A stretch of 64,000 nt of DNA, taken from positions 33,330-97,329 of the forward strand of contig QCOD01000001.1 in assembly GCA_003209955.1 (NCBI GenBank). The letters run 5' to 3'. Numbering within the stretch: the stretch's first letter is position 1; each line of letters opens with the position of its first letter. Both the position numbers and the translations under genes were made by a program. The DNA is from OCS116 cluster bacterium AG-430-B22 (GTDB lineage Bacteria; Pseudomonadota; Alphaproteobacteria; MED-G09). The notes beneath the pieces are model-generated. The model had not been told where the DNA came from, did no database searches, and worked only from the letters and a program-made list of their open reading frames with translations. Positions 48,249-57,603 of this stretch are shown here, one piece after another.

Positions 48249-49328
48249 ATGTTTTCGATATTAAGTAAAATAATTTTTTTGGTGTACCTATTAACATTTT
48301 TAAATATTTTAACAGCAAAAGAAATTGTAATTTACCCTAAAATTGAAACTGAAACTGTTTTTACTAAAGGCGATGCAGCAGATGATCCAGCTTTTTGGTT
48401 TAATGAAAATGATCCTGCACAAAGCATAGTTTTTGGAACTGATAAAAAGGCTGGTTTACATTCCTTCTCTTTAACTGGAAAAAGAATTCAGTATATACCA
48501 TCAGGTAAAATTAATAATATTGATATGAGAAGCGGCTATAGCTTTGGTGCAAAAAACTTTTCTATATTAGCAGGTTCAAATGCAAGTAATAACTCAATAA
48601 TAATTTATTTGATTAATGAAGATGGAATAATTGAAAAATTAAATAAAAATGAACTTAAGACAGAACTTGAAGGTGTTTATGGTCTTTGTATGTATAAAAG
48701 TAGCAAATCTAAATTTACTTATATTTTTGTTAGCGATGCTATAACACTTACCATTAATCAGTACAGAGTGCTTAATTTCTTTCCTATTAAAGCACAATTA
48801 GTTCGGGAAATTAAAACAGAATCAACCTCAGAAGGGTGTGTTGTAGATGATGAGACTGGTATTTTGTACTTTGCTCAAGAGGATGAAAATTCTGGTGTTT
48901 ATTTTGTTGACGCAGAGCCCATAGACAGTGAAATCAATACAATAGATAACATTAAAGAAAATGGTGGTAACATAAATGGTGATGCTGAAGGCTTAGCTAT
49001 ATTAAATCATCCTGAAGGTAAATTATTAATAGCATCATCTCAGGGATCAAGTGATTTTACAGTTTATAATTTAAGCAATAAGAATAAATTCATAGGAAGA
49101 TTTTCAATTGGCAAAGATAATGAAATTGATGGTGTCTCAAGAACAGATGGAATTGAAATTTATACTGGTTATATTAATGAAGATTATGAATTTGGTATAT
49201 TAATTGCTCAAGACGATATGAATATGGCAACCTTTGATTTGGATGGGGTTTCTTTACAAGCAAAAAAAATTAATCAAAACTTTAAATTAGTTCCAGTTAA
49301 GCAAATAGTAGAAAATTTTTTGGATTAA
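48249..49328 (+). CDS. secreted beta-propeller phytase (3-phytase)-like protein
   Basis: Signal peptide; DDPAFWFN matches the BPP signature DDPA[IV]W of Bacillus-type phytases; repeated Asp/Glu-rich Ca-binding-like segments; about 360 aa. Confidence 0.6.
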   Translation: MFSILSKIIFLVYLLTFLNILTAKEIVIYPKIETETVFTKGDAADDPAFWFNENDPAQSIVFGTDKKAGLHSFSLTGKRIQYIPSGKINNIDMRSGYSFGAKNFSILAGSNASNNSIIIYLINEDGIIEKLNKNELKTELEGVYGLCMYKSSKSKFTYIFVSDAITLTINQYRVLNFFPIKAQLVREIKTESTSEGCVVDDETGILYFAQEDENSGVYFVDAEPIDSEINTIDNIKENGGNINGDAEGLAILNHPEGKLLIASSQGSSDFTVYNLSNKNKFIGRFSIGKDNEIDGVSRTDGIEIYTGYINEDYEFGILIAQDDMNMATFDLDGVSLQAKKINQNFKLVPVKQIVENFLD

Positions 49329-49735
49329 TTTTTTGGAGTTTCCATTAGTTCAATTAATACGCCATCAGAATCTTTAGGATGAATAAAGATTATAGGGGTA
49401 CCATGCGCACCAATCCTTGGTTCATTTAAAACTGTAGCTCCTTTTTCCTCCATTTCACTTTTTGCCTCATGAATATCTTTAACTTCGAAACAAATATGAT
49501 GTTGTCCCCCTTTGGGATTTTTATCTAGGAAATTTTGAATTGGAGAACCATCTCCTAGAGGCTCTATCAGCTCGATTTGACTATTTGGAAGATTAACAAA
49601 GCAAAATCTTACACCCTGGTCGGTCATTTCACCAATTTCTGTAATATCAGTTGCGTTATATAAATTTTTATATGTTTCAATAGCTTTTTCTATTGATGGT
49701 ACTGCAACGCCAACATGATTTAATGGTCCAATCAT
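49325..49735 (-). CDS. methylmalonyl-CoA epimerase/glyoxalase-type VOC family protein
   Basis: LNHVGVAVPSIEKAIETYKNL...HHICFEV two-module VOC fold; size 136 aa matches methylmalonyl-CoA epimerases. Confidence 0.7.
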   Translation of the reverse strand: MIGPLNHVGVAVPSIEKAIETYKNLYNATDITEIGEMTDQGVRFCFVNLPNSQIELIEPLGDGSPIQNFLDKNPKGGQHHICFEVKDIHEAKSEMEEKGATVLNEPRIGAHGTPIIFIHPKDSDGVLIELMETPKN

Positions 49736-49844
49736 TTTAATTCTCCTATAAATTATTTGTAAAAATCTTTTTTTTCATTAATCTTTCAATCAGATTAACA
49801 AAATTACTAAATAAAATAAATATTATCAAAAAAGGATTAAAATT

Positions 49845-50456
49845 ATGCTCAAAGTTCATTTTGCTCCAAATTCTAGAGCCGGTAGAATTATATGGTTGTT
49901 AGAAGAATTATCTCTTCCTTATGAAGTTAATAATATGGCGTTTCATCCAAGTGACTTAAAGTCAGATGAACATAGAAAAAGGCATCCTCTAGGAAGAATA
50001 CCAGTTCTTGATGATGGTGATATTAGAATTTATGAGTCTGGTGCGATAGTAGAATATGTTCTGGAAAGGCATAAAAATGGAGGATTAAAGCCTTCTTCAG
50101 ATGACACGAATTATCCTAATTTTTTACAATGGTTTCATTATTGCGAAGGCATGGTAATGCCTCCAATTAATACTATTGTTGTTCAGACAATTCTTCTTCC
50201 TCCTGAAAGGAGAGATGAAACTGCATTAGGACAAGCACAAAGATTGCTGACAAAATCATTAGTTCCTGTTGATGAAGCGCTTGAAGGAAAAGAATATTTG
50301 ATTGGTAATTTTTCTGCTGCGGATATTATGCTTGGTCATGCATGTTTTATGAGTAATAGAATGGGTTGTATCCCAGATGAAATGAGTAATCTTAAAAAAT
50401 ATGTTGAAAATATCACAAATAGACCAGCTTTTAAAATAGCTATTGAAATGCAATAA
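49845..50456 (+). CDS. glutathione S-transferase
   Basis: LKVHFAPNSRAGRIIWLLEELSLPYE; IPVLDDGDIRIYESGAIVEYV G-site motif. Confidence 0.8.
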   Translation: MLKVHFAPNSRAGRIIWLLEELSLPYEVNNMAFHPSDLKSDEHRKRHPLGRIPVLDDGDIRIYESGAIVEYVLERHKNGGLKPSSDDTNYPNFLQWFHYCEGMVMPPINTIVVQTILLPPERRDETALGQAQRLLTKSLVPVDEALEGKEYLIGNFSAADIMLGHACFMSNRMGCIPDEMSNLKKYVENITNRPAFKIAIEMQ

Positions 50457-50469
50457 AACCCATCTTCTG

Positions 50470-51144
50470 ATGATAAATTTTTGGACAGTTAAAGTAATAA
50501 GATTTGTTACAATTTTTTTTGTAGTTGCAGTTATTATTGCTTCTTATTTTTATCCAGGTGGAAATATTCATGATATTACTCAATCGGGATATTCATTTAC
50601 TCATAATTTTTTAAGTGATTTAGGTGGATTAGAATCTCATTCAGGTGAAGATAATATTATATCCATGATTTTTTTTAATTTATCAATGTTACTTTTTTTC
50701 TTTATCGGTATTTCTTTTTTATTCGTTCCCATTTTATTTAAGGAAAATAAGCCTACCTTTATTTTAGCAATTGTAGGCTCTTTATTTTTCTTTATCGGGT
50801 CGATGTTTTTTGCTGGTGTTGGTTTTACACCTTACGATGTTTTTTTTGATCTTCATGTCTTTTTTGCTCTCAACTCTTTTAGATTAATGATTCCTGCATC
50901 GTTAATTTATTTAATAGTTTTTCTAAGAAGTTCTTTAAGTATAAAATATATAGCTGTTATAGCCTCATTTTTATTTCTTGTTACCGCATATGTTATTTAC
51001 TTAAATATCGGAGAAAACCCGTTATCAAACAAAGAGGCAATGATTGCTTCTGCTACAATACAAAAATTTATAGCATTTATGTCAGTTGCGACAGTATTCT
51101 CTCTATCTTTCGGATTTTCAAAAAGAATAAACAATTCTAAATAA
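50470..51144 (+). CDS. hypothetical polytopic membrane protein
   Basis: 6 hydrophobic segments; first ATG downstream of the GST stop chosen (ORF track start 50443 overlaps the GST gene). Confidence 0.4.
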   Translation: MINFWTVKVIRFVTIFFVVAVIIASYFYPGGNIHDITQSGYSFTHNFLSDLGGLESHSGEDNIISMIFFNLSMLLFFFIGISFLFVPILFKENKPTFILAIVGSLFFFIGSMFFAGVGFTPYDVFFDLHVFFALNSFRLMIPASLIYLIVFLRSSLSIKYIAVIASFLFLVTAYVIYLNIGENPLSNKEAMIASATIQKFIAFMSVATVFSLSFGFSKRINNSK

Positions 51145-51227
51145 TTTAGTTTTTGCAATTAAATTGCAATATCAGACAAGTAAAAATTACTATGTTATAA
51201 GCGCTCTAAATTGAATTGGAGTTTATT

Positions 51228-51662
51228 ATGGAAGAATTAAATCAAGCTAAAGTCTGTGAAATTTTAAATCAGATTATGGAATATGAATTAGCCGGTGTTG
51301 TTAGATACACACATTCATCTTTAATGGTATCAGGCCCAAACAGAATACCAATAGTTGAATTTTTACAGAGCCAGGCAACCGAATCCCTAGATCATGCGCA
51401 ACAAGCAGGTGAGTTTTTGACCGGCTTAGATGGTCATCCAAGTCAGAAAATTGCTAAAATTGAAGAAAGCAATAGACATTCTATAGAAAATATTCTTGAG
51501 GAGAGTCTCGAGCATGAAATTCATGCTTTAAACCTATATAAGGAGTTATTGGATTGTGTCGAAAATGCATCAGTATATCTTGAGGAGTATGCCAGAACAA
51601 TGATTGGTCAGGAAGAACAGCATACAATTGAATTAAAAAAGATGCTTAAAGATTATTCATGA
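51228..51662 (+). CDS. ferritin-like diiron protein (bacterioferritin/ferritin family)
   Basis: Two E-x-x-H motifs (ESLDH, ESLEH) with upstream Glu in helices, about 145 aa; ATG 51228 with GGAG 6 nt upstream (the track's TTG start at 51216 is less likely). Confidence 0.55.
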   Translation: MEELNQAKVCEILNQIMEYELAGVVRYTHSSLMVSGPNRIPIVEFLQSQATESLDHAQQAGEFLTGLDGHPSQKIAKIEESNRHSIENILEESLEHEIHALNLYKELLDCVENASVYLEEYARTMIGQEEQHTIELKKMLKDYS

Positions 51663-51740
51663 GAAATAATTCATTTATTTAACATTTTTGACACTTTAAA
51701 GATTTATATTTATAATTTCTTTGAAATTGGGGGAAATATT

Positions 51741-52820
51741 ATGAGTCAACAAGAAGAAAGTTTTAATCCTGAATACAATCCGCTTGGCGCTGAAGGATCA
51801 ATTGATACTAATGCTATGCCTTGGATATCAGTTAAAGATGTAAAAGGTTTATTTATTAAGCCAATAAGAGTAAGTCCAGAAAGCGGAATGTTTTCTTTGA
51901 TATATAAATTAGAGAAAGGATGTTCGTTTCCTAGCTCTGTATATCTTGGCGGAATGGATATGTTAGTTTTATCAGGTCAACTGAGTTATGCTCAAGAGGA
52001 TAAAGAAAGTGTTTTAGCTCCAGGAACTTGGGGTTTTATAGCAGCAAATTCCAGAGTTAATTCAATAACTGCCATTGAAGAAACTGAAGTTTTAGCTAAT
52101 TTTTATAGCGCATTAGCACTATTAAAAGATGATGGCTCACTTCAATCTCTTTTAACAGGAACTGATGTTCAGAAGCTTGCAACTGAAAAAAATATTTCTC
52201 TTGTTCCTAATTCATCAACTGAATGCTGGGAAAGAGGCCCTCAAACTTATGAAGGCCCAGGCGAGCCTTTGGCTATCGCATCTTCTAATGCTGCGACATT
52301 AGTAGATTCTGATGTGGGATCAGTATTGTCATCTGAAATTTCTCATCCGCATTTTGTTGATACTAGAGAAGTACCATGGTTTACAATGCCAACAATGCCC
52401 GATGTTGGTTTAAAGCTTTTGCGTGTCAGTGAAGAAACTGGATTCGTTTCTATGATTGTTAGACATAATGGAGTTGCTCTTCCGCATTCGCATATTGGCG
52501 CTAGTGACTTTTTAGTATTGAGTGGAGCTTTAGGTGTTAGAGCAGGTCCCCCTGAAGGATATGGCCCAGGTATGTGGTTCTATGAACCTGCAGGTGCGAG
52601 ACATGAGGAAACACAAAGAGTTACAGATGAAGACTTAATTTATACTGCTAATATATATGGTCCGTTAGTTTTTGACTCTGGACCTGGTACACCTGTTGAA
52701 GCTGTTGTTTCTTGGATGGATTACAAAACAATGGCTGAAGAAGGTGGTATCAAGTTAGTTCCAAACTCTAATTCAAATGATAAAACCTTACTTGCATGGG
52801 CTCCAATAGAAGCAAATTAA
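51741..52820 (+). CDS. tandem-duplicated ChrR-like cupin (bicupin) protein
   Basis: Two internally repeated segments (MPWISVKDVKGLFIKPIRVSPESGMFSLIYKLEKG...LVLSGQL and VPWFTMPTMPDVGLKLLRVSEETGFVSMIVRHNG...LVLSGAL) resembling the C-terminal cupin domain of the ChrR anti-sigma factor. Confidence 0.45.
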   Translation: MSQQEESFNPEYNPLGAEGSIDTNAMPWISVKDVKGLFIKPIRVSPESGMFSLIYKLEKGCSFPSSVYLGGMDMLVLSGQLSYAQEDKESVLAPGTWGFIAANSRVNSITAIEETEVLANFYSALALLKDDGSLQSLLTGTDVQKLATEKNISLVPNSSTECWERGPQTYEGPGEPLAIASSNAATLVDSDVGSVLSSEISHPHFVDTREVPWFTMPTMPDVGLKLLRVSEETGFVSMIVRHNGVALPHSHIGASDFLVLSGALGVRAGPPEGYGPGMWFYEPAGARHEETQRVTDEDLIYTANIYGPLVFDSGPGTPVEAVVSWMDYKTMAEEGGIKLVPNSNSNDKTLLAWAPIEAN

Positions 52821-53890
52821 AAAAATATAATGTAGTTGATCTTTTCTGCGGAGCAGGAGGTTTTTCTCTTGGTCTTAAAGATACAAATAGATTCAACTCA
52901 ATTTTAGCAAATGATATAGATATGGATATGTGTGAAACATATTCGTTAAATTTTCCAAAATCAAAAATACTGTCTAAATCTATATCTGATATAGACTTTT
53001 TTTCTATTAATAAGAAAAATACTATTGATGTTGTGGTTGGAGGACCCCCTTGTCAGGCTTATTCACTATCGGGAAAAAGACATATTGATGACCCAAGGGC
53101 CAATTTGTTCTTAGAGTATTTTAGAGCAATTGAAGAAATTAAACCCAAGATATTTGTTTATGAAAATGTGAAAGGCTTATTCTCATACAAAAAAGGGAAT
53201 ATATTTCGTCAATTACAAGAAATATTTGAAAAAATTGGTTACGAACTTTCAATAAATCTGGTAAATGCCCTTAATTATGGAGTTCCTCAATCTAGAGAAA
53301 GAATATTTATTATTGGTTATAAAAAAGGATTGAATTATTCTTTTCCTAAATCTTCACATGCAAAAAAAACAATAAGAAAACCTGTAACAATTAGTGATGC
53401 AATTTCAGATTTACCTAAAATAAAAAATAATGAAAATTCGGTTAAATATTTATCTAAACCAAAAACAAATTATCAAAAACTTATGAGAAAAAATGCTCCC
53501 GATAATTTAATGGATCATAAATCATCAAAACACAGTGAAAATCTTGTTACTATTATGAGTTATTTACCGGAAGGAGGATTAAAAAAGGATTTACCTTTTA
53601 AAATTAGACCAAAGTCTGGATACGCAAATAGCTATGGAAGGCTATGGTGGAATAAACCAGCTACAACTATTACTCGAAATTTTGGTACACCAAGTTCAGC
53701 AAGATGTATTCATCCTAAAATAGATAGAGCTCTTACAACCAGAGAGGGCGCAAGGTTACAAAGTTTCCCTGATCGATATCAATTTTTTGGTTCCAGAGCA
53801 AAGAAGAACCTTCAAATAGGTAATGCTGTACCACCTCTTTTAGCGCGAGCAATAGGAAAGAGTATTTCTTTGGCTCTTGATAAATTATGA
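52796..53890 (+). CDS. DNA (cytosine-5)-methyltransferase
   Basis: Motif I VVDLFCGAGGFSLG, motif IV GGPPCQAYSLSG, motif VI ENV, motif VIII QSRERIFIIG, motif X GNAVPPLLARAIG; the only in-frame ATG overlaps the upstream gene by 25 nt. Confidence 0.85.
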   Translation: MGSNRSKLKKYNVVDLFCGAGGFSLGLKDTNRFNSILANDIDMDMCETYSLNFPKSKILSKSISDIDFFSINKKNTIDVVVGGPPCQAYSLSGKRHIDDPRANLFLEYFRAIEEIKPKIFVYENVKGLFSYKKGNIFRQLQEIFEKIGYELSINLVNALNYGVPQSRERIFIIGYKKGLNYSFPKSSHAKKTIRKPVTISDAISDLPKIKNNENSVKYLSKPKTNYQKLMRKNAPDNLMDHKSSKHSENLVTIMSYLPEGGLKKDLPFKIRPKSGYANSYGRLWWNKPATTITRNFGTPSSARCIHPKIDRALTTREGARLQSFPDRYQFFGSRAKKNLQIGNAVPPLLARAIGKSISLALDKL

Positions 53891-53924
53891 TTTAAGTTTT
53901 TCTTAATAATGTTATAAAAAATAT

Positions 53925-54614
53925 ATGACTAACTTCACATCGCTAATTGCTGGTTCTACAGGATATCTTGGATCAAAAATATTAAATTATTTATCTAAAG
54001 AGGATGAAAAAATTTATTCTCTCTCAAGAAGAAAAAATACTCTGAATAATGCAAATTTAGAGGAATTAATTATTGATTTTGAGTCCCTTGATGAATTTGA
54101 ATTACCAAAAATAGAACATGTTTACTTATGTTTGGGATATGAATTGAGGGCTTGGGAGTTAATCGTAATGCCTGATAAACTAAAAAAGCCTTTTTACAAA
54201 GTTGATTACGAATATACTCTTAATATTGCAAAAAAAAGCTTAGATGCTGGCGCTAAATCTATCTCATTAGTTTCAGCTATTGGAGCAAACAGTGATTCAA
54301 CAAGCTTTTACCTAAAAACTAAAGGTGAGTTAGAAGAGGAGATTAAAAAGCTTCCTTTTGAAACAATTAATATATTTCAACCTGGTCATTTAGCGGGAAG
54401 AATTAATTGGCAAAGAGAAAAAAATGATCCAAGAATAGATGTCTTTGCCTTTGAAATAGCCTCCTTATTTTTCGATCCATTTATGATTAGTGGATTGAGA
54501 AAATTTAGAAGTATAAATGCTAAAAGATTGGCAAAATTCATTGTTAAGAAATCTAAAGAAAACCATAACGGTATTAACTATATGAGTTATAATGATTTCA
54601 CTTATGATAATTAG
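53925..54614 (+). CDS. NAD(P)-binding atypical SDR (HTATIP2/NmrA-like)
   Basis: IAGSTGYLGSKIL Rossmann N-terminus, about 230 aa, no classical Y..xK spacing. Confidence 0.5.
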   Translation: MTNFTSLIAGSTGYLGSKILNYLSKEDEKIYSLSRRKNTLNNANLEELIIDFESLDEFELPKIEHVYLCLGYELRAWELIVMPDKLKKPFYKVDYEYTLNIAKKSLDAGAKSISLVSAIGANSDSTSFYLKTKGELEEEIKKLPFETINIFQPGHLAGRINWQREKNDPRIDVFAFEIASLFFDPFMISGLRKFRSINAKRLAKFIVKKSKENHNGINYMSYNDFTYDN

Positions 54615-54620
54615 TTAAAT

Positions 54621-55481
54621 ATGTTCGATATTAAAGATAAAAATGTTCTTATAACTGGAGCAACTAGCGGTATAGGGCGAGCGGCAGCAATAGAGCTTTC
54701 TTCAATTGGGGCAAATATATTTTTTGTTGCTAGGAGTGAGAGCAAAGCGCAATTATTAGTTGATGATATTAATAAAATAAGTGGAAAAGGAGCAATTCCG
54801 ATTATTGCAGATCTATCATCACAATCTGATATTCGTAAAGCAGCACAAAAATTTAATACACTTAATTTACCTCTTCATGTTTTGCTAAATAATGCAGGTC
54901 TAATTAATAAAGAGAGAAAGGAAACAATTGATGGCTATGAGGAAGTTTTTGCGATTAATCATCTAGCTTATTTTTTATTAACTAATCTATTAATTGATAA
55001 GCTTAAGGAAGCGAACGGCAGCAGGATAGTCAATGTCTCCTCTGGAGCGCATGCTTTTGTAAAAGGTTTTAATTTTGAAGATGTCCAATCTGAGAAGTCT
55101 TATAAGCCTTTTCAGGTTTATGGTTATTCTAAATTAGCAAATATACTTTTTACAAAAAAACTATCGGCTATTCTTGAAAACAACAAGATTACAGTGAATT
55201 GCTTACATCCTGGTGTTGTTAGTACCTCTTTCGGACAAAATAACGGTAATTTACAAAAATATTTATTTTTTCTTGCTAAACCTTTTATGCGAAGCTCTGA
55301 AAAGGGCGCAGAGACATCTATTTATTTGTGCTCTTCCCCTGAAGTATCAGATGAATCAGGACAATATTTTTATAATTGCAAGGTAGCAAAAACCACTAAA
55401 TGGGCGCAAAGCAAAGAAGATGCAGATAGATTATGGAATTTAAGCGAAGAATTTACTGGAGTTTCATGGGGTATAAATTAA
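54621..55481 (+). CDS. short-chain dehydrogenase/reductase (SDR, retinol-DH/WWOX-like subgroup)
   Basis: ITGATSGIGRAAAIEL; NNAG; YGYSKLA. Confidence 0.8.
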   Translation: MFDIKDKNVLITGATSGIGRAAAIELSSIGANIFFVARSESKAQLLVDDINKISGKGAIPIIADLSSQSDIRKAAQKFNTLNLPLHVLLNNAGLINKERKETIDGYEEVFAINHLAYFLLTNLLIDKLKEANGSRIVNVSSGAHAFVKGFNFEDVQSEKSYKPFQVYGYSKLANILFTKKLSAILENNKITVNCLHPGVVSTSFGQNNGNLQKYLFFLAKPFMRSSEKGAETSIYLCSSPEVSDESGQYFYNCKVAKTTKWAQSKEDADRLWNLSEEFTGVSWGIN

Positions 55482-55491
55482 ATATATTTGT

Positions 55492-56505
55492 ATGATTATG
55501 AAAGCAATCCTTCTAGTAAATTTAGGTTCGCCAAAAGATCTTAATTTAAGTTCTATTAAAGAGTATTTAATAGAGTTCTTAACAGATGATAATGTTGTCG
55601 ATCTTCCGAAAATTATCCAAAAAATTTTAGTAAAAAATATTATTGTTCCTTTTAGATCCAAGAAAACTCAAGAGGCATATAGCTCTATATGGAAAAAAGA
55701 TGGATCACCCTTAATAATAAATACAAATTCTTTAGCAAAAAAACTATCAGAGAAAACTAATTATTCTGTTGAAATAGCTATGAGGTATCAATATCCAACT
55801 ATCAATGAAGCAATAGAAAAATTAATCAATAAAGGATGTAAAGAAATTATTGCCGTTCCTCTTTATCCGCATTATGCACAATCAACAATATTGACAACAG
55901 AGAATAAAATAAAAGAGATATCAACATCTTTAGAAGGAGACTTTAAGTTATCATTTATAAAGCCATTTTATAATCAAGAAGGTTACATCAACTCATTGGC
56001 ATCTTTAATTAAAGAAAGCCTACCATCTGAGTTTGATCATTTGCTTTTTAGCTATCATGGTATACCAGAAAGACATGTTAGAAATACCGATCCATCAAAA
56101 AAACATTGTCTCAAAGTAAGAGATTGCTGCAATATTAAAGCTGATGCGCATCAATTTTGCTATAGGCACCAGGTTTTAGAAACTACAAAACTTTGTGCAG
56201 AAAGGTTAAATATAGAAAAAGAAAAATGGAGTGTTTCTTTTCAGTCAAGAATTGGACCGGGATGGCTTAAACCTTTTACTGATAAGATTTTAGATGAATT
56301 ACCTAAAAAAAATATAAAAAAGTTAGCAGTTGTTTGTCCTGCATTTGTAGCGGATAACTTAGAAACATTGGAAGAAATAAATATAAGAGCTAGAGAACAA
56401 TTTTTAGAAAATGGAGGAATAGAATTTACTTACATTCCTTGTTTAAATGATAACGATAATTGGGTAGAATTTTTAGGTAATTATATAATTCAAGTGGGAG
56501 AATAG
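55492..56505 (+). CDS. hemH: ferrochelatase
   Basis: ILLVNLGSP N-terminus; PLYPHYAQSTI; conserved His in SYHGIPE and Glu/Asp motifs in the C-terminal half (FVADNLETLEE). Confidence 0.85.
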   Translation: MIMKAILLVNLGSPKDLNLSSIKEYLIEFLTDDNVVDLPKIIQKILVKNIIVPFRSKKTQEAYSSIWKKDGSPLIINTNSLAKKLSEKTNYSVEIAMRYQYPTINEAIEKLINKGCKEIIAVPLYPHYAQSTILTTENKIKEISTSLEGDFKLSFIKPFYNQEGYINSLASLIKESLPSEFDHLLFSYHGIPERHVRNTDPSKKHCLKVRDCCNIKADAHQFCYRHQVLETTKLCAERLNIEKEKWSVSFQSRIGPGWLKPFTDKILDELPKKNIKKLAVVCPAFVADNLETLEEINIRAREQFLENGGIEFTYIPCLNDNDNWVEFLGNYIIQVGE

Positions 56506-56506
56506 A

Positions 56507-57601
56507 GTGCTAACAAAAGGCGATGACTTTCCTATTCATCAAAAAGCTTCACCCTTAGCTGAGGTGGGTTCCTCAAGGAATTTTTATGATAGGTATTTTT
56601 TTAATGGTTACTCAAGCGAAGATAAAATTTTCTTTGGAGCTGTTTTATGTGTTTACCCAAATTTAAATATAATGGATGCAGCTTTTACCATCGCCCATAA
56701 AGGTATTCAACATAATGTAAGGGCATCAAGAATACTAAATTTAGAAAGATTAGATACTGTTGTAGGGCCAATTGAGGTTAAGGTAATAGAGCCTCTTCAA
56801 AAACTTCAAGTGTTGGTTAGTGATAAAGATTCAGGTGTTAATGTTGATATCACTTTTGACGGCTTTACAGAAGTATTGCAGGAGCCTCAGATGTTTTTAT
56901 ATGACGGTCCAAGAAAAACTATGGATACATGTAGAATGGTTCAACATGGCTCATGGGCCGGGCAAATAAAAATAGAAGATTTTACAATAGATATCGATCA
57001 AGAAAAATTTGTCGGAACAAGGGATAGATCTTGGGGAGTTAGGCCAGTTGGAGCTTACGATAGTCAACCATCAGCTCCAATGAGTTTGCCACAATTTTAT
57101 TGGTTATGGAATCCCGCTCATTTTGATGATTTTACTACGCAGTTTCATTTTGTTGATGACTCTGACGGAAATCTAGTAAATGGACATTCTATTTTACAAT
57201 ATAAAAATAAAAGAGAAAAAGAAACATTTTCAGATTTAGAAAAAACTGTTGAGTATTTTAAGGGATCAAGAAGAGTAAAATTTCTTGAAATTAATGCTCT
57301 AGATAAAAATAAAGATAATATCAATTTGAAGGTTACTCCTAAAACAAGAGTTTTTATGTGCGGTTTAGGTTATATGCATCAAGAGTGGGGTCACGGTCAT
57401 TTTAAAGGTGAAAATGAAAGAACTTACGATACTTATAATTTAAGTGAAGACCCTCATGACCCACCATTTCTGCATATTCAATCAATAAGCGATGTGACTT
57501 TGTTAAGAAAAGAAAAAACTTATAATGGATCATGTATTCTTGAAGAGTTAATTCTTGGACCTCATTTGCCTAGTGGTTTTAAAGATTTATTTGATCGTTA
57601 A
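56507..57601 (+). CDS. conserved hypothetical protein
   Basis: 364 aa soluble protein, no motif I can name; 2-nt gap after hemH and 3-nt gap before the kinase-like gene, so probably co-transcribed. Confidence 0.35.
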   Translation: MLTKGDDFPIHQKASPLAEVGSSRNFYDRYFFNGYSSEDKIFFGAVLCVYPNLNIMDAAFTIAHKGIQHNVRASRILNLERLDTVVGPIEVKVIEPLQKLQVLVSDKDSGVNVDITFDGFTEVLQEPQMFLYDGPRKTMDTCRMVQHGSWAGQIKIEDFTIDIDQEKFVGTRDRSWGVRPVGAYDSQPSAPMSLPQFYWLWNPAHFDDFTTQFHFVDDSDGNLVNGHSILQYKNKREKETFSDLEKTVEYFKGSRRVKFLEINALDKNKDNINLKVTPKTRVFMCGLGYMHQEWGHGHFKGENERTYDTYNLSEDPHDPPFLHIQSISDVTLLRKEKTYNGSCILEELILGPHLPSGFKDLFDR

Positions 57602-57603
57602 AA

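Noticed and set aside
51216-51227. TTG start at 51216 for the ferritin-like gene
   Set aside because: see next field
52796-53890. Possibility that the C5-methyltransferase is part of a type II restriction-modification system with the flanking genes
   Set aside because: The upstream gene is a duplicated cupin and the downstream gene an NAD(P)-binding Rossmann protein. Neither has nuclease-like motifs (PD-(D/E)xK, HNH, GIY-YIG) that I can see. I kept it as an orphan methyltransferase.
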